Counted from the first letter of the stretch, positions 18,415-28,128 are shown. The stretch: DNA of 64,000 nucleotides from a virus (IMGVR_UViG_2713897221_000004:36004-100003); one strand, 5' to 3'. Notes: generated from the letters alone by a model not told the origin. Translations and numbers: made by a program.

Positions 18415-18768
18415 ATGGCCCTGCATACACAGTTAGAGATCCATAAGGTGGCCGAAGAGTTGTTCGGCATGGCACTCAGCTTGGTTCGCCATATTCCGCG
18501 CGACCTGAAACAGGTTGCCGGCGGCAAGATTCGGGATGTGTGTCTTGAGGTTCTGGTGCTGATCGGTAGAGCGAATATGGCTCGAGACAAGCGCCCGTAT
18601 CTCACCGAGGTCATCGAAAACATCTGGATGCTCAACTACCTGTTCAGGGCGTTATCCGAAAACGGCGCCATCAGCCGCGGCCAACATGCCAAAGCGATGA
18701 AGCTCACGGCCTCCGTAGGCCGACAGGCGAACGCCTGGAAGAAATCCGCAACCGCGCCCGCTGCTTGA
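18415..18768 (+). CDS. avd: DGR accessory variability determinant (four-helix bundle)
   Basis: 117 aa, helical and basic, IPRDLK...GRQANAWKK; lies between target and TR. Confidence 0.85.
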   Translation: MALHTQLEIHKVAEELFGMALSLVRHIPRDLKQVAGGKIRDVCLEVLVLIGRANMARDKRPYLTEVIENIWMLNYLFRALSENGAISRGQHAKAMKLTASVGRQANAWKKSATAPAA

Positions 18769-18937
18769 GGGTTACGGCTCTCCTGCCTGTGCGCTGAATC
18801 TGGTCGTGCCGCTGGCCCTTGGGCCACCGCCATGCGCATCAGAGATACCGCCGATCTAAAGCGTTCGGGCTGGTCTCGCGCAGTTTCTCTGCTGATCGGC
18901 ATCGCCTTCGGCAGAGCGACGTAGATAGCACGACAGG

Positions 18938-19039
18938 TCGCAGTACTCAGCCAACAACGCCTACAACATGGACTTCGAAGATGGCTGGCTCAACAACAAC
19001 GACAAGAACAACGAGCGCGTGGTGCGCCCTGTCCGCAGA
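18938..19039 (+). ncRNA. DGR template repeat (TR)
   Basis: AAC-rich copy (8 AAC codons, 31 A) of all three VRs, between avd and RT. Confidence 0.95.
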
Positions 19040-20138
19040 ATCAAGTGTTGCTCCCTTCCAGTTCGAGGATCTCGTCCAGGCCTACTACGATTGCCGCCGG
19101 CGCAAGCGGAACACCGCAAGCGCCAGGCGATACGAGCAGGACATGGAGATCAACCTGCTGGAGCTTTACGACGACCTGATAGCCGGCACTTACCGGCCAG
19201 GCCGGTCTATCTGTTTCGTCGTGACTCGGCCAAAGGCTCGCGAGGTGTGGGCCGCGGACTTCCGCGACCGGATCGTGCATCACCTGCTGTACAACCACAT
19301 CGGCCCCGCTATCGAGCGCAGCTTCATAGCGGACAGCTGCGCTTGTATCCCCGGTCGCGGCACGCTGTACGCCGCAAAGCGCCTTGAGTCGAAGATAAGG
19401 AGCGCCAGCCAGAACTGGTCGAAGCCGGTCTACTACCTGAAATGCGACCTGGCCAACTTCTTCGTGGCGATCAACAAGCCGGTGCTGCTCGAGCAACTGG
19501 CCGCCAGGATCACCGAACCCTGGTGGCTGACACTGGCCGAGCAAATCCTGATGCACGATCCGCGGGAGAACTACGAGGTCCGCAGCCCGGCGCACCTGTT
19601 CAACCGGGTGCCGCAGCACAAACGCCTCACTGCGCAGCCTGCACACCTTGGCCTGCCAATCGGCAACCTGTCGTCGCAGTTCTTCGCGAACGTGTACCTC
19701 GACGCGCTGGACCAGTTCGCGAAGCACACGCTCAATGCGCGCCATTACATCCGCTACGTCGACGACTTCGTATTCCTGCACGAATCGCCGCAGCATTTGA
19801 ACGAGTGGTTGGCCCGGGTGGAGGCGTTCCTGCCGAAGCTCGGCGCCAGGCTCAACCCCAGCAAGACCATCCTGCAACCGGTCGACCGCGGCGTCGACTT
19901 CGTCGGGCATGTCATCAAGCCATGGCGTCGAACAACCCGCAAACGATCTGTGGCCCAGGCGCTGAAGCGAACCGCCGCGGCGCCGGCCGAGGATCTGCGC
20001 GAGACAGCAAACAGCTACTTCGGCCTTCTTGGCCAAGCCAGCCATAGCCAGAAGGACCGGGAGAAGCTGGCCCGGGTCGTCTTGAAGCGTGGTCACGTCG
20101 TCAACGGCGACCTGACCAAGACCTACCCAAAGAAATAA
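18981..20138 (+). CDS. DGR reverse transcriptase (start uncertain; frame open from 18819)
   Basis: FRDRIVHH, KCDLANFF, GLPIGNLSSQFFAN, YIRYVDDF, VDFVG. Confidence 0.95.
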   Translation: MAGSTTTTRTTSAWCALSAESSVAPFQFEDLVQAYYDCRRRKRNTASARRYEQDMEINLLELYDDLIAGTYRPGRSICFVVTRPKAREVWAADFRDRIVHHLLYNHIGPAIERSFIADSCACIPGRGTLYAAKRLESKIRSASQNWSKPVYYLKCDLANFFVAINKPVLLEQLAARITEPWWLTLAEQILMHDPRENYEVRSPAHLFNRVPQHKRLTAQPAHLGLPIGNLSSQFFANVYLDALDQFAKHTLNARHYIRYVDDFVFLHESPQHLNEWLARVEAFLPKLGARLNPSKTILQPVDRGVDFVGHVIKPWRRTTRKRSVAQALKRTAAAPAEDLRETANSYFGLLGQASHSQKDREKLARVVLKRGHVVNGDLTKTYPKK

Positions 20139-20195
20139 TCCCACTTCAACGAATCACGCCAGTCGGCGAGGCCGGCGCACGCCTGGAGGCCAACA

Positions 20196-20405
20196 ATGTC
20201 TACCCCCCCCCCCATCCGCATCAAGCGGATTGATCTATCGCGCCCTCGCATTCGCCGGCGCGTTCTGCGAGCCCTAAAAAGGAGCTACCAGCTCACCGGC
20301 GGACCGATCAGCAGGGCCTGGCTGTGCACACCTGGAACCCTGACGTTCAGGCTCGGCAACTGGCACGGGCACTACAACGCCAAGAATGAATGGGTGCCGA
20401 TATGA
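20196..20405 (+). CDS. Small basic hypothetical
   Basis: GGAGG RBS. Confidence 0.55.
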   Translation: MSTPPPIRIKRIDLSRPRIRRRVLRALKRSYQLTGGPISRAWLCTPGTLTFRLGNWHGHYNAKNEWVPI

Positions 20406-20593
20406 CGCCCCATGAATTCATCGAGAAGAACGTCCACGACGAGCTGCGCAAACTGAAATTCAAGGAGTCGGTCTGCTTCATCGTGAGTCGCGATGCGGTC
20501 GACTACTACCGCCAGCGCAGCATGTTCAGCAAAAGCGTTGTGCTCGACGTGCTGGCTTGGTCGAAGAAGCGCGCAAAAGAGCTTTCTCGCTGA
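20402..20593 (+). CDS. Hypothetical phage protein
   Basis: ATGA coupling. Confidence 0.55.
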   Translation: MTPHEFIEKNVHDELRKLKFKESVCFIVSRDAVDYYRQRSMFSKSVVLDVLAWSKKRAKELSR

Positions 20594-20634
20594 CACCACC
20601 TCTCAAATAAAACGCCATCCGGCGAGGATCATCC

Positions 20635-21558
20635 ATGACAACAGCAATCGACCTGTTCGCCGGCCTCGGCGGATGGAGCACAGGCGCACGCGCCGCAGGC
20701 GTCCAAGTTCTCTGGGCGGCAAATCACTGGCCGGCCGCCGTGGAATGGCATAGCGCAAACCACCCTGACACCCAGCACGTTTGCCAGGACTTGCATCAGG
20801 CTCGCTGGGACCAAGTACCAGCTCATGACCTGCTTCTGGCGTCGCCATGCTGCCAGGGGCACAGCCCTGCGCGCGGGAAGGCCAATGGGAACCCACAGCA
20901 TGACTCGTCGAGATCTACAGCCTGGGCCGTTGTCTCAGCCTTGGAGTTTCACAGGCCGCAATTCAGCCTCGTTGAAAACGTACCCGAGTTTACGAACTGG
21001 GCGCTGTATCCGGCTTGGGTGCAGGCCGTCCAGGCCCTGGGCTATCAGGTCGCGCCGCATGTCGTTGATTGCGCTGATCTGGGTGTGCCGCAACACCGCA
21101 TCCGTCTGTTCCTGGTGCTCACGCGCAGCCAGGCGCCGCTGATGCTCGAGCTGCACAAGCGACAGCATGTCTCTGCCGCAAGCTTCCTCGACTTCGACGC
21201 CGGTCGCTGGTCGCTGATCGAGAAGCCGGGGCGGGCTCAGGCAACCCTTGACCGGGTGCGAAACGGCCGCCAGCGCTTCGGCGACCGGTTCATCATGCCC
21301 TACTACGGCAAAGGCTCAGGAACCACCGGCCGCGACATCAAACGACCGATTGGCACCATCACTACCTTGGACCGCTGGGCGCTGGTCGACGGCGGCCGCA
21401 TGCGGATGCTCAGCGCTAACGAGGCCCTGGCCGCGCAGTCGTTCCCGGCTGACACCCTACGCCCGGACAACCACCGACTGACCATGCACATGGCTGGAAA
21501 TGCAGTGCCGCCCCTGGCGGGGCAGCGAGTTATAGAGGCCTTGTTGAAAGCGGCTTAA
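20635..21558 (+). CDS. Orphan C5 cytosine DNA methyltransferase
   Basis: DLFAGLGG, SPCCQG, ENV, QHRIR, GNAV. Confidence 0.92.
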   Translation: MTTAIDLFAGLGGWSTGARAAGVQVLWAANHWPAAVEWHSANHPDTQHVCQDLHQARWDQVPAHDLLLASPCCQGHSPARGKANGNPQHDSSRSTAWAVVSALEFHRPQFSLVENVPEFTNWALYPAWVQAVQALGYQVAPHVVDCADLGVPQHRIRLFLVLTRSQAPLMLELHKRQHVSAASFLDFDAGRWSLIEKPGRAQATLDRVRNGRQRFGDRFIMPYYGKGSGTTGRDIKRPIGTITTLDRWALVDGGRMRMLSANEALAAQSFPADTLRPDNHRLTMHMAGNAVPPLAGQRVIEALLKAA

Positions 21559-21785
21559 CCGAGTTCGGCAATCAACTTCGCCCCCAGCGCCCGCCCGGCC
21601 TGCTGAGCCAGGCCCCGGTCGGCGAAGGTCCGATCACCAGCAACAACCGGCACCACCGCTTCCCCGCCCCGCTTCACCTCGACGTTGATCCGCCAGGTCT
21701 CCCGGCCTTCCTCGTCTTTCTCGCACTCCATGTAGTTCCAGACCTGAAATCCTTCTAGGTCGTCATAGATATCGTGCTTTGTCAT
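21555..21785 (-). CDS. Hypothetical (antisense moron)
   Basis: MTKHDIYDDLEGF...; convergent with the methylase. Confidence 0.55.
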   Translation of the reverse strand: MTKHDIYDDLEGFQVWNYMECEKDEEGRETWRINVEVKRGGEAVVPVVAGDRTFADRGLAQQAGRALGAKLIAELG

Positions 21786-21858
21786 GGACCTACCCGTTTT
21801 GAGGAAGGCGCCATCGTAGCACCTCAACTGCCCGGGCATGGCCCGGCAAGGACTCCCC

Positions 21859-22458
21859 ATGCCTACAGAAAACAAAATCCAGCGGTACACCTTCAAGGGT
21901 GCGGCTGGCGAGTATGTCTACGCCCCGATCTTCGACCGCGTCTCCGCCGAGCGCGACGCCCTGCAGGCCGACCTTGATGCCAAGGATCAGCTGAACTCCG
22001 ACCAGAGAGTCGCGCTGATGCGAATTCACGACCGTGCCCACGCCTTCGCCGAAGATGAATGCAGTATGCAAGTGGCCTCTGTGGAGGTGATCAGGGATAT
22101 CGCGGCCCGAGCACTGGGCACGGACGGCAAGCCCTCGACCTACAAGCCAGGTCTCTACGCCGTGCGCCACATCGACAACTGGGATGGCGAGCGCGATGTC
22201 GCCCTGACGTTCGCCATGCTGGACGCCGATGGCAAATGGACTGACAAAGAAACCGGTGAGCCTCTGCTGGCGTACAAAGGGGACAAGGTTCTTACGGCGT
22301 GGCCACTAGACTGCTCCGACGCGCCGGGCACCCAGATTATCGGCGTCCCGCGCAACTGGCTGGAGAACTGGGCGCTCGAACTTGTCGAAGCCGCGCAGGA
22401 CGGCGGCCAGATGTCGAACCAAGTCGAACACCTCCTCGAAATTCACGCCAAGCCTTAA
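21859..22458 (+). CDS. Hypothetical phage protein
   Basis: AAGGA RBS. Confidence 0.65.
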   Translation: MPTENKIQRYTFKGAAGEYVYAPIFDRVSAERDALQADLDAKDQLNSDQRVALMRIHDRAHAFAEDECSMQVASVEVIRDIAARALGTDGKPSTYKPGLYAVRHIDNWDGERDVALTFAMLDADGKWTDKETGEPLLAYKGDKVLTAWPLDCSDAPGTQIIGVPRNWLENWALELVEAAQDGGQMSNQVEHLLEIHAKP

Positions 22459-22511
22459 CTCCCTCCCCCTTCAACTCTCTCAACTCGGCCGCCTGGTCGA
22501 AAGGACAAGTC

Positions 22512-23108
22512 ATGCCTGAAGAAAAAGTGGTGATGTATGAATCTCCGGAAGCCGCCAGCATCCAGACCGTGACGGGCTGGGTTGACCCTTCGGGCCGGTT
22601 CTGGGGAAACGATGAACACATGGCCCGCTATTGTGGGTCCACGCACCGGCAGTGTGCCAAGAACCCTGCGCATCCAACTCACAGAACGAACAGCTGGTGC
22701 CGGGCCTGCGACGAAGAAGGTCGAGCTGCCAGGTTCGCTGCAATGCCAACCCGTATTTGGGGTGGCGAGCCGATCACCGACTACGACGGCGATGACTATT
22801 TCTTCGACGAAGAAAGCCTGCGTGATCACATCATCGATAACGAGATCGACCTGGCCAACCTGAAGCTTGTCTTCTGCACCCCGAATCATCCGAGTGAAAT
22901 CGACCCAAGCGATTACTTCTTGGATGATCTGCCAGAAGATGGCGAGATCAACGATGACCAGCTTTTGGCAGCCTTCGAGCTGGTCAACGAGATGATTCGC
23001 AATCATGGCCCCATGTCCTGGTCGCCAGGCAATGAAGCCGTTGAGCTACCACAGGCATTCCTCGACATGATCAACGCAGAGCGAGAGGAAGCGGAGGTGG
23101 CGCCATGA
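22512..23108 (+). CDS. Hypothetical phage protein with Cys/His cluster
   Basis: AAGGA RBS; CGSTHRQC...WCRAC. Confidence 0.7.
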   Translation: MPEEKVVMYESPEAASIQTVTGWVDPSGRFWGNDEHMARYCGSTHRQCAKNPAHPTHRTNSWCRACDEEGRAARFAAMPTRIWGGEPITDYDGDDYFFDEESLRDHIIDNEIDLANLKLVFCTPNHPSEIDPSDYFLDDLPEDGEINDDQLLAAFELVNEMIRNHGPMSWSPGNEAVELPQAFLDMINAEREEAEVAP

Positions 23109-23157
23109 TCTTCGCCCCGCTCTACATGGCCTGGCTGATCTACCGAGGGCCGAAGCG

Positions 23158-23457
23158 ATGAGCGACAAGATGCGTGAAGAGTTCGAAGCCTGGCATCGGA
23201 GTGTTGTTAAGGGGAGCCCACCCCACGACAAATACAACTCCGGGGATTACCGGAATCAGCATGTCCAGCGCTACTGGATTGGCTGGCAGGCCTCGCGCGA
23301 GGCCCTGGTGGTGGAGCTGCCGCCAGCGCATGCCGAACCGGAAGAGCCTGAGTTCGCCATCGACGACAGCCACATGGACGCCTATCGCTCCGCGGTCCGG
23401 ATGCGCGATGGCTGCGTGAAGGCTATCGAGGCCCAAGGCCTGAAGGTGAAGGCCTGA
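23158..23457 (+). CDS. Hypothetical phage protein
   Basis: REEFEAW...WIGWQASR motif common in phage early genes. Confidence 0.7.
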   Translation: MSDKMREEFEAWHRSVVKGSPPHDKYNSGDYRNQHVQRYWIGWQASREALVVELPPAHAEPEEPEFAIDDSHMDAYRSAVRMRDGCVKAIEAQGLKVKA

Positions 23458-23606
23458 GGAGTTCGCCACAGCCCGTGTTGCAGTCGACGGATAGCCAGGA
23501 CAACGGGCCGGTCGAGCGGCGCAACTCTACAAACTGTCGCGACAACTGTCCCGAACACAATTCTGAATAAACCTGAAGGTCTGCCGTTGGCGGGCAAGGA
23601 ATCCCC

Positions 23607-23723
23607 ATGAACACCGAATGCAACACCGAGCCAGAAGTAATCGAGTACATCCGCCTGCCAGAAGTCAAGAAGCTGGTTGGGCTGGGCACCACCAAGATTT
23701 ACACCATGGCCCGGATGATCTGA
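23607..23723 (+). pseudogene. Truncated AlpA-family excisionase
   Basis: YIRLPEVKKLVGLGTTKIY, then stop at 38 aa. Confidence 0.6.
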
Positions 23724-23788
23724 GCCACGACAAATGAAAACTCCGACTGAGAATTCAGTCGGAGCTCTGGGCCTACTATCCAGCTAAA

Positions 23789-24175
23789 TCAAGGCCGACC
23801 ATAAACAGCAAAGTTCAGATTGGTCGAACTCTTGCCGGCTGGGAAAAGACCTCTGAGGTTGTTCATCGAAACAGAACGGATGTTAAACGACTCAGAGGAA
23901 GCGTTGGGTGTCACATCAACGTAGTGAAGGTTCTTGTCGGAACCGCCGGCGTAATCCAGTCGAACCATGAAGGTTCCCGACCCGGCAGCCGAAACCAGCT
24001 TGAAGGATTTGTACTGCTGAATTGCAGACTCAACGAAGTTGGCGCCTGCCCTCTCACCTTCACTGTTTTTGATTTCGCAACGACCGTTGCCTAAGAAAGT
24101 GAATCCATCCAGATCTGCTTGCACTGCAGCAGTAAAGGATTCGCGCGGATCAATCGAATCTTGTTCATCAAGCAT
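23789..24175 (-). CDS. Hypothetical moron
   Basis: AAGGAG RBS; hairpin 23741-23764 downstream. Confidence 0.65.
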   Translation of the reverse strand: MLDEQDSIDPRESFTAAVQADLDGFTFLGNGRCEIKNSEGERAGANFVESAIQQYKSFKLVSAAGSGTFMVRLDYAGGSDKNLHYVDVTPNASSESFNIRSVSMNNLRGLFPAGKSSTNLNFAVYGRP

Positions 24176-24324
24176 GACTCATCTCCTTATGAGGTGAACT
24201 TCCTTACAGCACTGAAAACTCTAGTCCATGGCAGCCTGCCATCAAGCTCAGGCTCTGCGCCACTGACAGACGGTGCCCTCGCTTATCTCCTCACCTATGC
24301 GCCACGCGCGGCATGGAGCAATTT

Positions 24325-24531
24325 ATGACAATCGAATTTTTATCACACGAGGATGTGTGCCAACTGACTGGAGCAAGGACGAAGGCCGGACAGATCGCAG
24401 TTCTCGTTCGAAATGGAATCCGCCACACCATCAAGCGCAGTGGCTGGCCATGTGTAATCTCGGCGGCTCTTATCGGCGGCCCAGTAGACCCGAAAGAAAA
24501 GCTAACCTGGAAGCCACGCAAGGCGGGATAA
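24325..24531 (+). CDS. DUF4224-like excisionase
   Basis: FLSHEDVCQLTG...LVRNGIRH...GWPCV, directly before int. Confidence 0.75.
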   Translation: MTIEFLSHEDVCQLTGARTKAGQIAVLVRNGIRHTIKRSGWPCVISAALIGGPVDPKEKLTWKPRKAG

Positions 24532-25557
24532 ATGGGACGTAGACCGACAAAGCCCGGGAGCATATCCCGGCTAAGGGAAAGGAAGCGCGGCAAGCTGGTG
24601 TACTTCACATATGACCTTGGAGGCAAGCCACGCAAAGAGATCTACCTGGGAAAGGACTACGGCGTTGCGATCATGGAGTACGCGCGCCTGGAGCGCGACC
24701 GTACCGCGACTGCAGCCGCAGCGAAGGTCATCACCTTCCGCTACGTCGCCGAGAAATACCTTGTAGAGGTTGTTCCGACCAAGGGTTCAAACACCCAGAA
24801 GGACAATCTCAGGGAAATGAAGAACCTACTTGCCTTCTTCGATGATCCTCCTGGGCCGCTCGACAACATCGAGCCCATACACATCAGGCAGTATTTGACC
24901 TGGCGATCCTCGGCGCCAGTTCGTGCCAACCGAGAAAAAGCCCTCCTCAGTGCCATTTGGAACTACGCGCGCGACAAAGGCTACACGGCTCTGGCAAACC
25001 CCTGTTCTGGAATCAAGGGGAACAAGGAGACAGGTCGAGACACCTACGTTGAGGACGAGCTTCTTAAGCGAGTGTACGACAAGGCAGATGTAGGCCTGCA
25101 GGATGCTTTGGACTTGTTTTATCTGACTGGCCAGCGCATCGCCGACACTCTAAAAATGGACGAGCGAGATATCCGCGAAGGCCGTCTCTCTGTTCAGCAA
25201 GGGAAGACAAAAGCTAAACGACGCATCGAGATCACGGGAGAGTTGAAAGTAGTTCTTGATCGAATCCTGGCGAGAAAGGCTTCCCACAAGGTCCGCTCGA
25301 CGCGGCTGATCGTTTTGGAAGATGGCACGCCGATGACGACGGCAATGTTGCGGAGAAGGTTTGACCTGGCCAGAGAAGCCGCTGGAGTGGCCAAGCCTGA
25401 ATTCCAGATGAGGGATCTGCGGGCCAAGGCTGGCACAGACAAAGAGGAGTCAAGCGATATCGTCCAGGCCCGCGACCAGCTCGGCCACACAACGGTTGTC
25501 ATGACGGAGCATTACATCAGGAATCGAAGGGGGAAGAAGGTTTCGCCAACCAAGTGA
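24532..25557 (+). CDS. int: Tyrosine integrase
   Basis: TGQRIAD, RDLRAK, LGH...TEHY. Confidence 0.93.
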   Translation: MGRRPTKPGSISRLRERKRGKLVYFTYDLGGKPRKEIYLGKDYGVAIMEYARLERDRTATAAAAKVITFRYVAEKYLVEVVPTKGSNTQKDNLREMKNLLAFFDDPPGPLDNIEPIHIRQYLTWRSSAPVRANREKALLSAIWNYARDKGYTALANPCSGIKGNKETGRDTYVEDELLKRVYDKADVGLQDALDLFYLTGQRIADTLKMDERDIREGRLSVQQGKTKAKRRIEITGELKVVLDRILARKASHKVRSTRLIVLEDGTPMTTAMLRRRFDLAREAAGVAKPEFQMRDLRAKAGTDKEESSDIVQARDQLGHTTVVMTEHYIRNRRGKKVSPTK

Positions 25558-25637
25558 ATTGCGGCAACAATCTAGGATTGCGGCAATTCACTTGTTGCGT
25601 GCTTGCGGCTTTATAGGCCGCAAACCCTTGAAATAGA

Positions 25638-25724
25638 TGGTGCCCGAAGCCGGAATCGAACCGGCACGCCCTTACGAGCGGGGGATTTTAAGTCCCATGC
25701 GTCTACCAGTTTCGCCATTCGGGC
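25638..25724 (-). tRNA. tRNA-Leu(TAA)
   Basis: 87 nt, GGGA-CT-TAA-AA-TCCC anticodon arm, long variable arm, GGTTCGATTCC, CCA end. Confidence 0.95.
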
Positions 25725-27234
25725 GGTAGCGCGGTGTTGCAATCTGAAAGGCTTGAATTGCTTGAGCCGTTTCAGCGCCTTGCGGCAAGGGGGTGAAATA
25801 TATACATCCCCTACTCTTGAAGCAAGTTCGTTGGCGTCAAATTCAAGACTGGATGTCGAGTACGGCCACAAACAAAAAGGCTCCGTAAATCATCGATCTA
25901 CAGCGCTATTTTTATAAGTGGGAGCAACTGCCAGAACCGAACCGGTGCAGATGGCGCCGCATTCCACTGATAAAACCAGATATTTCAATAGGTTACCACA
26001 GCAAAAACGGCGTAACCATCTGATTTTAAAAGGCTTGTAGCTGGGCGAACAGGCGAAGACAGATTTGCCCAGCCAGTGTAGGGATCGTGACGCCACTAAC
26101 CCCATGGGCCAGCGAAGTCGAAGAGGCAGGCCAAAGGCCAAACTGCGAAGGCGCGATCAGCTAAACGCGAGGACAATAAAGAGACAGAGCCGCATCGCTC
26201 TTCCGGACTTTTCAACGAGGGATTATTCAAAGGTGCCACAAGATCACCAGGCGTAATGCCTGATAAATTGGCGCCCACCCTGACCAGCTGTTGGCCGTTC
26301 AGCATTCCATCGTAAACACACCTGGCCGGGCAAGCGCGACCACTCTATCCAGAGCGGTCGCGCATGTCTCGAAGACAATTCTGAAGAAACCTGAACGGCT
26401 TGAAGAAGCCTGGACGATAGTAGGCCGCCACCTGTGCCGTGGCGACGCCACCAGGCGAGAACGACTTGGTCAAGGGTGCCATGACGAAGCGGTTGTGCCT
26501 TGAGCACCCTGGTCGTGCTGGAAGGCTGCCTGGTGATCGGACGGGCCAGCGTATAGACAGAAGCATTCGAGGCGGGGCTGGTGATGCTGCTTATCCAACT
26601 CGGCGAACAGAGAGCGGCACTTTCCTTAACCACCAAGCCAGTCTCTTGAACAGGCAGCGATAGCGAGGCGGTGGATGGGACTCCATTGACTCGCACATGC
26701 GGCAGGAACCGTTGGCCAGGGCAAGACGGATCAGCCGCATGACCTTAGCGCTTTAAAACACAGCTGGAAGATGTGCCCAAGCGCAACGAGTGACCGCCGC
26801 CTCGGCGAGCAAGCGCATGTCATCTGTCAGGTTCGATAGCCAGACCTTCGCGCCGTTGGAGCACCTTTACCCCAGATTGAAAATCTCGATGCAGAACCCA
26901 CATGAGCGAACATTGATAAAACAGCAAAAACAATTGACTCTGACACTAACTCTACCACTCGTCGGAACCGTCACTTCATAAAGGTGGAGGTACCTTGCTT
27001 TTACCTGTTTACAGGCTTGACTGTATTCCTATCTATGATCGAAGGAGGAAACGAAACATATCAGCTCAAGAAACTGACACAACTCTTGACACCGATATCA
27101 ATCGCCTTTGCCATCAATACTCCACGACATCTTCAATGAGTTAACCTAACTACTGTTTTCTCGTAGCAGTGGCAAGTCTGCAATTTGATTTTGAATAGGG
27201 AGCCAACTCATGGAATGCACAATCAAAAAGGAAT

Positions 27235-27531
27235 ATGAACATGAGCATCACAGTCACAAACGGAGCAAGCGCAGTAGTTAACGTGGCAATCAGCACATGG
27301 GAGAAAGACGGCAGTGACGCTTACTACCCATTAGAGCAAGGCAGCGGTGACACCTGGAAACGTAGTGACCCAAGGGGTTACTTGATGGCCATACAGGATA
27401 AATCCCAAACAACTGAATACTACGTCTCCTGCAACAGTGCAATTGTCATCGAAGACAACCTCGTAAAGGATCACGGCCGAACTCTTAACCCAGTCGCTGC
27501 GGCCGGGAAGAAAAAAGTGGCAAATGCGTAA
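27235..27531 (+). CDS. Small beta-rich hypothetical
   Basis: AAGGA RBS; hairpin downstream; low-GC context. Confidence 0.65.
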   Translation: MNMSITVTNGASAVVNVAISTWEKDGSDAYYPLEQGSGDTWKRSDPRGYLMAIQDKSQTTEYYVSCNSAIVIEDNLVKDHGRTLNPVAAAGKKKVANA

Positions 27532-28043
27532 TACCTAGCAGTAAGCGCATATATAAAATGGCCAGTATCGTACAAGATGCTGGCCATTCCCGTAAAAAAG
27601 TAAACCACTCATCCGACTAGCGACCACCAGACGCCCTCATATTTAGTTGAGTTCTTATGTCTCAATACACCTAGACAAAAGCACTTCACTACTTGCCTCT
27701 AGAAACTTCTTTGCGATAACGCCTGGTACGCAACAAAGCAATCAGTCCTTGATCACCATCGTCAGTAATTCTGATAGTTCGTTGAACATCCGGCCAGACA
27801 CGCCAGGTGCGTGCAGCCCTATGAATCACTCCACTGACGCCGGAGACAGTAGGTACATTGGTGCGACGGGTTGGACCTACTCATCACGGGAAGACGGATA
27901 AGGGATTGCGCATTTTGCTGGAGATAGCAGGCAACAAAATAGCCTCGATGAACTCACCCAAGAGATTTCTGGGAGGACAAAGCACCACGGAACCCAGCCC
28001 CCCATTAAAAGCGGTGGAACACCTGCTTCCCTCCAGCCAATAA

Positions 28044-28076
28044 AAAACCCCGTAGATCATTGATCTACGGGGTTTT
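28044..28076. terminator. Terminator next to the tRNA-Cys 3' remnant
   Basis: AAAACCCCGTAGATCA-T-TGATCTACGGGGTTTT. Confidence 0.75.
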
Positions 28077-28081
28077 CAGTT

Positions 28082-28128
28082 TGGAGGCCGAAGTCGGAAT
28101 CGAACCGGCGTAGGCGGATTTGCAATCC
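28082..28128 (-). other. 3' half of tRNA-Cys(GCA): att duplication
   Basis: GGATTGCAAATCC...GGTTCGATTCC...CCTCCA with no D arm or 5' acceptor strand. Confidence 0.85.

Larger units (their letters stand above)
1..25600. mobile_element. Lambdoid prophage 1 (early/regulatory half; continues left of window), integrated at tRNA-Leu
   Basis: Lambdoid gene order Q-like/ninG/replication/cro-cI/pL operon/xis-int ending next to the 3' end of tRNA-Leu. Confidence 0.93.

Noticed and set aside
18968-19387. 139-aa ORF starting in TR as a fourth target
   Set aside because: It is TR read in the VR frame running out of frame over RT, and lacks the target N-terminal domain.
18819-20138. RT as a group II intron, retron or Abi RT
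   Set aside because: The SQ motif, adjacent avd and TR/VR pairs indicate a DGR; no maturase/endonuclease extension or retron VTG motif.
26244-26981. Short ORFs between tRNA-Leu and 27235
   Set aside because: No RBS or motif support; probably decayed mobile DNA that I cannot assign.
28082-28128. Functional tRNA-Cys
   Set aside because: Only the anticodon arm to CCA is present.
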